The notes below the pieces were generated by a model, which was given only the letters and a program-made list of their open reading frames with translations, did not search any database and had not been told where the DNA came from. The translations under genes were made by a program, and so were the position numbers. From contig JBPOFY010000008.1 of NCBI GenBank assembly GCA_051252375.1, positions 1 to 64,000 on the forward strand: DNA of 64,000 nucleotides, written 5' to 3'. Positions 59,855-64,000 of the stretch are shown piece after piece; the stretch's first letter is position 1; each line of letters begins with the position of its first letter. Source of the DNA: Opitutaceae bacterium. GTDB lineage: Bacteria > Verrucomicrobiota > Verrucomicrobiia > Opitutales > Coraliomargaritaceae.

Positions 59855-60544
59855 ATGACCGAGCAAAGCCAGCAACCCATGGTCGACCTTCGCTCTATCG
59901 CGAAGCGCTACCAGATGGGTGAACATACGGTGCACGCGCTGCACCCACTCAATCTCCAGTTCCACTCCGGGCAATTCGTGGCGATTGTCGGTCCTTCCGG
60001 CTCGGGCAAGTCCACCCTACTCAATTTACTCGGACTACTGGACCAAGCCAGCGCAGGCGAATACTGGCTCGATGGACAAAACGTCGCCAATCTACCTGAT
60101 CACGAAATCTCCGCGATTCGCTGCCTGAAGATCGGTTTCATTTTCCAGTCCTTCAATCTCTTTCCCACCATGTCGGTGCTCGAGAACGTTTGTGTGCCCA
60201 TGCACTACGCCGAGAAGCCGAAGGACTTTATGCGCGAACGAGCGCTGGAAGTGCTCGACCGTCTCGGCTTAAAAGACCGCATCGACCACAAGCCAACCGA
60301 GCTCTCAGGCGGACAACGTCAACGCGTCGCCATTGCCCGCGCACTCGCCAATGACCCACCCGTCCTCCTCGCCGACGAACCTACCGGTAACCTCGACGAA
60401 AACACTGGCGAGGAAGTGATGGAAATCTTCCGCGAGCTCCGCAGCGAAGGGCGATCCGTCATCATGGTCACGCACAACCCCGAATATGAAGATCAAGTTG
60501 ATCGCGTGATTTCGATTCACGATGGAAACATCATCCGTTCCTAG
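59855..60544 (+). CDS. ABC transporter ATPase (MacB/LolD-like)
   Basis: [40 protein letters not shown]. Confidence 0.95.
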   Translation: MTEQSQQPMVDLRSIAKRYQMGEHTVHALHPLNLQFHSGQFVAIVGPSGSGKSTLLNLLGLLDQASAGEYWLDGQNVANLPDHEISAIRCLKIGFIFQSFNLFPTMSVLENVCVPMHYAEKPKDFMRERALEVLDRLGLKDRIDHKPTELSGGQRQRVAIARALANDPPVLLADEPTGNLDENTGEEVMEIFRELRSEGRSVIMVTHNPEYEDQVDRVISIHDGNIIRS

Positions 60545-60546
60545 GT

Positions 60547-61782
60547 ATGCGCTTTTCCAATACATTCAAACTCTCCATTTCGAGTTTAGCCACGCACCCC
60601 TTCCGTTCATTCTTGGCGGGTCTTGGCGTGGTCTTTGGTGTGGGCGCCGTCGTCGGGATGCTCGCCATTGGTGAAGGCGCACGGATCGAATCCATTCGGC
60701 AGATCCAAGAAATGGGAGTTGATAAAATCATCGTCCGCTCAAAGACCGTCGGCTCACAAGACACCGCCACCGAACAAAGCGGCACGGTCGGCATCACCAC
60801 CCAAGACATCCAACACTTTTCGACATCCTTCGATAACGTCAAAGCGGTCTTACCTATCAGTAGTTGGAAAGGCACCATCATCAGTCAGTGGGCTCATGAT
60901 CGCAATGCGCACGCCGTAGCCGTGCCGATCGAATTTCTGGATATCACCAAGGCGCATTTAATCGGCACGAAAAGTCGCTTCATTAGCAGCAAGGACAATA
61001 ACGATTCTGCTTCTATTTGCCTAATAGGCAGCCGCGCCGCAAAAGAGTATTTTCAGTTTCGCGAACCGATCGGCGAGCGCATCAATCTCTTCGGCACATA
61101 CTTCACAGTGGTGGGTGTGGTCAATCACCCCGCAGACCGCAAGTTAGCCAGCATCGGCAATATCAACAACCTCATATACGTGCCTCATAAAACAGGCATG
61201 AACTATTGGGGCGCCCCGATCAGCAAAGGTAAGATCATAGAATACGATTTAATGTATATTGTCGTCAACGATGTCGCACAAATCGAGAACACCAGTCGAC
61301 GAGTTGAGAGCTATCTAAGCACCACACATAAAGAGAATGATTACGAAGTGATCCTCCCCTTCGAGTTAATGAAACAACAAGAAGCGACACAGCGGATCTT
61401 TACCGTGGTCATGGCATCCATTGCCTCCATCTCACTCCTCGTCGGTGGTATCGGCATCATGAACATCATGCTGGCCAATATCTATGAGCGCATGAAGGAG
61501 ATCGGCACCCGCCGCGCGCTCGGCGCCACGCGCATGGATATCCTTGTTCAATTTTTAGTCGAGTCAGTCACCCTCACCGCATTCGGCGGACTGATCGGCT
61601 CAATCGTCGGCGTCGCCCTCGCCTCCCTAGTCTCCCAATACGCCGACATGCCGACATCTGTCACCGCTTATTCAGTCGTCATCTCGCTCGTCGTCTCAAT
61701 CGTCACCGGCGTCGCCTTCGGCTCCTTCCCAGCATGGAAAGCTGCCAGCCTCTCCCCGATGGAAGCGCTACGCCGAGAGTAA
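60547..61782 (+). CDS. MacB/FtsX-type ABC permease
   Basis: GVVFGVGAV TM1, periplasmic domain, ISLLVGGIGIMNIML, ERMKEIG.RRALGA, PAWKAA.L.PMEALR. Confidence 0.94.
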   Translation: MRFSNTFKLSISSLATHPFRSFLAGLGVVFGVGAVVGMLAIGEGARIESIRQIQEMGVDKIIVRSKTVGSQDTATEQSGTVGITTQDIQHFSTSFDNVKAVLPISSWKGTIISQWAHDRNAHAVAVPIEFLDITKAHLIGTKSRFISSKDNNDSASICLIGSRAAKEYFQFREPIGERINLFGTYFTVVGVVNHPADRKLASIGNINNLIYVPHKTGMNYWGAPISKGKIIEYDLMYIVVNDVAQIENTSRRVESYLSTTHKENDYEVILPFELMKQQEATQRIFTVVMASIASISLLVGGIGIMNIMLANIYERMKEIGTRRALGATRMDILVQFLVESVTLTAFGGLIGSIVGVALASLVSQYADMPTSVTAYSVVISLVVSIVTGVAFGSFPAWKAASLSPMEALRRE

Positions 61783-61851
61783 CTAAACGCACTCGGGCAT
61801 GAATATGCCATGGTTGCATTCGCCGTCATTTTAAGCGACCCTGCTACCTGT

Positions 61852-62910
61852 ATGACATTGCTACTTATCTATATCGGCATCGCGCTCGGCTTTTCCTTCT
61901 TGTGCTCCCTACTCGAAGCGACCCTGCTCACCATTACGCCGACCCAACTACAGACCGCCAAGTCGAAAGGCAAACATTGGGCAGAGCGGCTACAAGGACT
62001 GAAGCGTGATATCGACAAGCCTCTGTCCGCGATCCTGACCTTAAACACCATTGCCCACACCATGGGAGCTACCGGAGCTGGCGCACAATATACACGCGTG
62101 TATGGAGATGCTACAGGTGGCGTCTTCGCCGCAATACTCACGCTCTTGGTTCTGATACTCTCCGAAATCATACCTAAAACTTTAGGAGCTCGCTACACCC
62201 TCTTATTTGCACCCTTTACCGCTCGCGTGCTGCCAATAATGGAATGGGGGTTGCGCCCCGTCGTCTGGATCTGCCAAGGCATCACACACCTAATTACCTT
62301 CGGCCGTGCCCATGCAAAACCCAAGCACCGCGAAGAGCTCTTGGCCGTTGCCCGCTTAGGTGAGGAAGATGGATCGATCCGCGCCGCCGAGAGCCGGATC
62401 GTCCGCAACATGCTCAACCTCTCTCAAATTCAAATCGATGGTATCATGACGCCCCGCCCCGTCATGTTTTCACTACCGGAAACCACGCCGCTTGCGGAAT
62501 TCGCGGAAGTGGCTGAGCAACATACCTTTTCCAGGATCCCCGTGTATGGAGACAATCGTGAAACCATCACCGGGTTCGTGCTCCGCTCGGACGCACTACA
62601 AGCTTGCCTCAAAGACCCCGACCAGACTTTGGCAGCCGTCAAACGACAAGTCACCTTCGTCCCCAAGACGATGACCGTGGACACACTCTTCCGTAAGATG
62701 ATCGAAGAACGCTACCACATGGCCCTCGTCCAGGACGAATACGGCAGCACCGCCGGTCTAGTCACTCTCGAAGACGCGGTCGAAACGCTCGTCGGCGTCG
62801 AGATCGTCGACGAAAAAGACACGGTCACCGACCTGCGCAAACTCGCCCGCCAGCTCTGGCAGAAACGCGCAAAGGAAATGGGTATCGATACCGAGCAAAG
62901 CGCTGAATAA
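61852..62910 (+). CDS. CNNM/HlyC-CorC family transporter (DUF21 + CBS pair)
   Basis: FSFLCSLLEA, ILTLNTIA, SEIIPK, IMTPR, FSRIPVY, DEYG..GLVTLED. Confidence 0.92.
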   Translation: MTLLLIYIGIALGFSFLCSLLEATLLTITPTQLQTAKSKGKHWAERLQGLKRDIDKPLSAILTLNTIAHTMGATGAGAQYTRVYGDATGGVFAAILTLLVLILSEIIPKTLGARYTLLFAPFTARVLPIMEWGLRPVVWICQGITHLITFGRAHAKPKHREELLAVARLGEEDGSIRAAESRIVRNMLNLSQIQIDGIMTPRPVMFSLPETTPLAEFAEVAEQHTFSRIPVYGDNRETITGFVLRSDALQACLKDPDQTLAAVKRQVTFVPKTMTVDTLFRKMIEERYHMALVQDEYGSTAGLVTLEDAVETLVGVEIVDEKDTVTDLRKLARQLWQKRAKEMGIDTEQSAE

Positions 62911-63355
62911 TTCTGCGATCATGACAGCATTTTTTGGCTCGATTTTTTAAACTACAAAAAACGCGAAAGGCACGAAAACAGGAGCGACTCATTCAAATAC
63001 ATTTTCGCGCAAGTCGCGCCTTTGCTTCGCCATCTCCGGACTTCAGCGAGCTCAGTCGAGTCGCAGACCTCCGTCGTGGTCAAACTCTATCTCCTGCTTC
63101 AGCTCTAACGTTTATTCTGAAATATCTGAACTTGCCTTATACAAGCTGACAAACATCGTCCATCCTCTCTAATGCAATTCAACAAACTCAGCTGGCTCCT
63201 AATCGTTCGCGTGAAAGTAACACGTGAAGCGGGTCAGCTGTAACTAATAATAAGGTATACGGAGACTCGCTACAGGCGGTCTCCGGAATTGCACGACAGA
63301 TAGAACTGTTGGCGCGGAGCCGCACTGGAAACGAGTTTTCCACGAACGCTCCAGA

Positions 63356-64000
63356 ATGGAAAACACAACAGTCGCACAATCATTCAGCGAACGCCGCGGC
63401 ATCATATTGATGATCGCCTCGGTTTGCTGCTTCACAGCCACATCGTTGCTACTCAGTTACGTTAATCAGACCTACGGTGTCAGTGGTTGGGTGGCTTCGG
63501 CCTACCGTGGCATCATCGGACTCATTGCGGTTGTCGCGATGCAAGGCAGCACTGGCAAGTTGGCGCTTCAGCGTATCGTGACACGCCCACTCTTGTTTAT
63601 GCGTGGCCTTGTTGGCGGTGCCACGATCCCAATCTATTACTTGTGCATTATGGAGCTTGGTCCCGGACGTGCAGGAATGATCGGAGGGTCATGGCCCCTA
63701 TTCGGTGCGATCTTCGCAGCCGTAATGTTGCGCGAAGGTTTGAGCCGACGTTTCTTCGCCTACATCGCACTCGCCTTAGGCGGACTCGTCGCGGTATTCG
63801 CCAGCAAAGGCTTGGAAGCCTCTAAGCCGTTCTATGATCTGCTCTCACTCTGCGGTGCCGCAGCGGGAGGGCTTTGCGTGGTCATGATCCGACATTTGCG
63901 GCACACAGAAAGCACTAGTAACATCTTCGCCTCACAGTGTATCTTCACACTAATCATTGGCGCGTGCACCTCTAGCAGCGCATTCTTCATCACGGATCCC
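63356..64000 (+). CDS. DMT/EamA family transporter, truncated by window end (absent from ORF track)
   Basis: Hand translation: MENTT..RGIILMIASVCCF..AYRG..LFMRGLVGG..PLFGAIFAAVMLRE..VMIRHL, open to the window end. Confidence 0.85.
   Translation, partial: MENTTVAQSFSERRGIILMIASVCCFTATSLLLSYVNQTYGVSGWVASAYRGIIGLIAVVAMQGSTGKLALQRIVTRPLLFMRGLVGGATIPIYYLCIMELGPGRAGMIGGSWPLFGAIFAAVMLREGLSRRFFAYIALALGGLVAVFASKGLEASKPFYDLLSLCGAAAGGLCVVMIRHLRHTESTSNIFASQCIFTLIIGACTSSSAFFITDP

Overview
Bacterial genomic window, probably a marine Verrucomicrobiota (Opitutales, Coraliomargarita/Lentimonas-like). This is an inference from the PEP-CTERM protein, S1 sulfatases, GH29/GH141/GH168-like fucoidan enzymes, DUF1080 and short intergenic tandem repeats. 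I found no rRNA, tRNA, CRISPR array, transposase or integrase. Core-type genes (rsgA, a Ski2/HelY-like helicase, an rsmH paralog, RNase H, a beta-CASP RNase, an MFS transporter, a CNNM transporter) are interleaved with cargo modules. Three things stand out. (1) A minimal secretin gene overlaps and leads a MacA-like adaptor / ABC ATPase / MacB-like permease operon that has no TolC (56.8-61.8 kb), a candidate secretin-gated ABC exporter. (2) An operon encodes a CHASE2 adenylate cyclase, a 1987-aa FecR-beta-helix protein and an outer-membrane beta-barrel (45.4-54.6 kb), a candidate trans-envelope cAMP signalling system. (3) Cargo genes are bracketed by 25-bp GGGGTCAAACGCAAAATATAAAGAT inverted sites and by duplicated 3' tails of core genes (helicase tail in three copies, rsmH tail in two), which suggests cassette-like gene capture with no recombinase in view. 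Also notable: a GH29-GH168-like fusion with a (GTSSGYSGL)n linker, a VapB-antitoxin-like domain fused to a PAS hybrid kinase, twin operators at a Fic gene, and two inverted 170-bp MITEs. All protein calls come from motif recognition by eye; no database searches were run.
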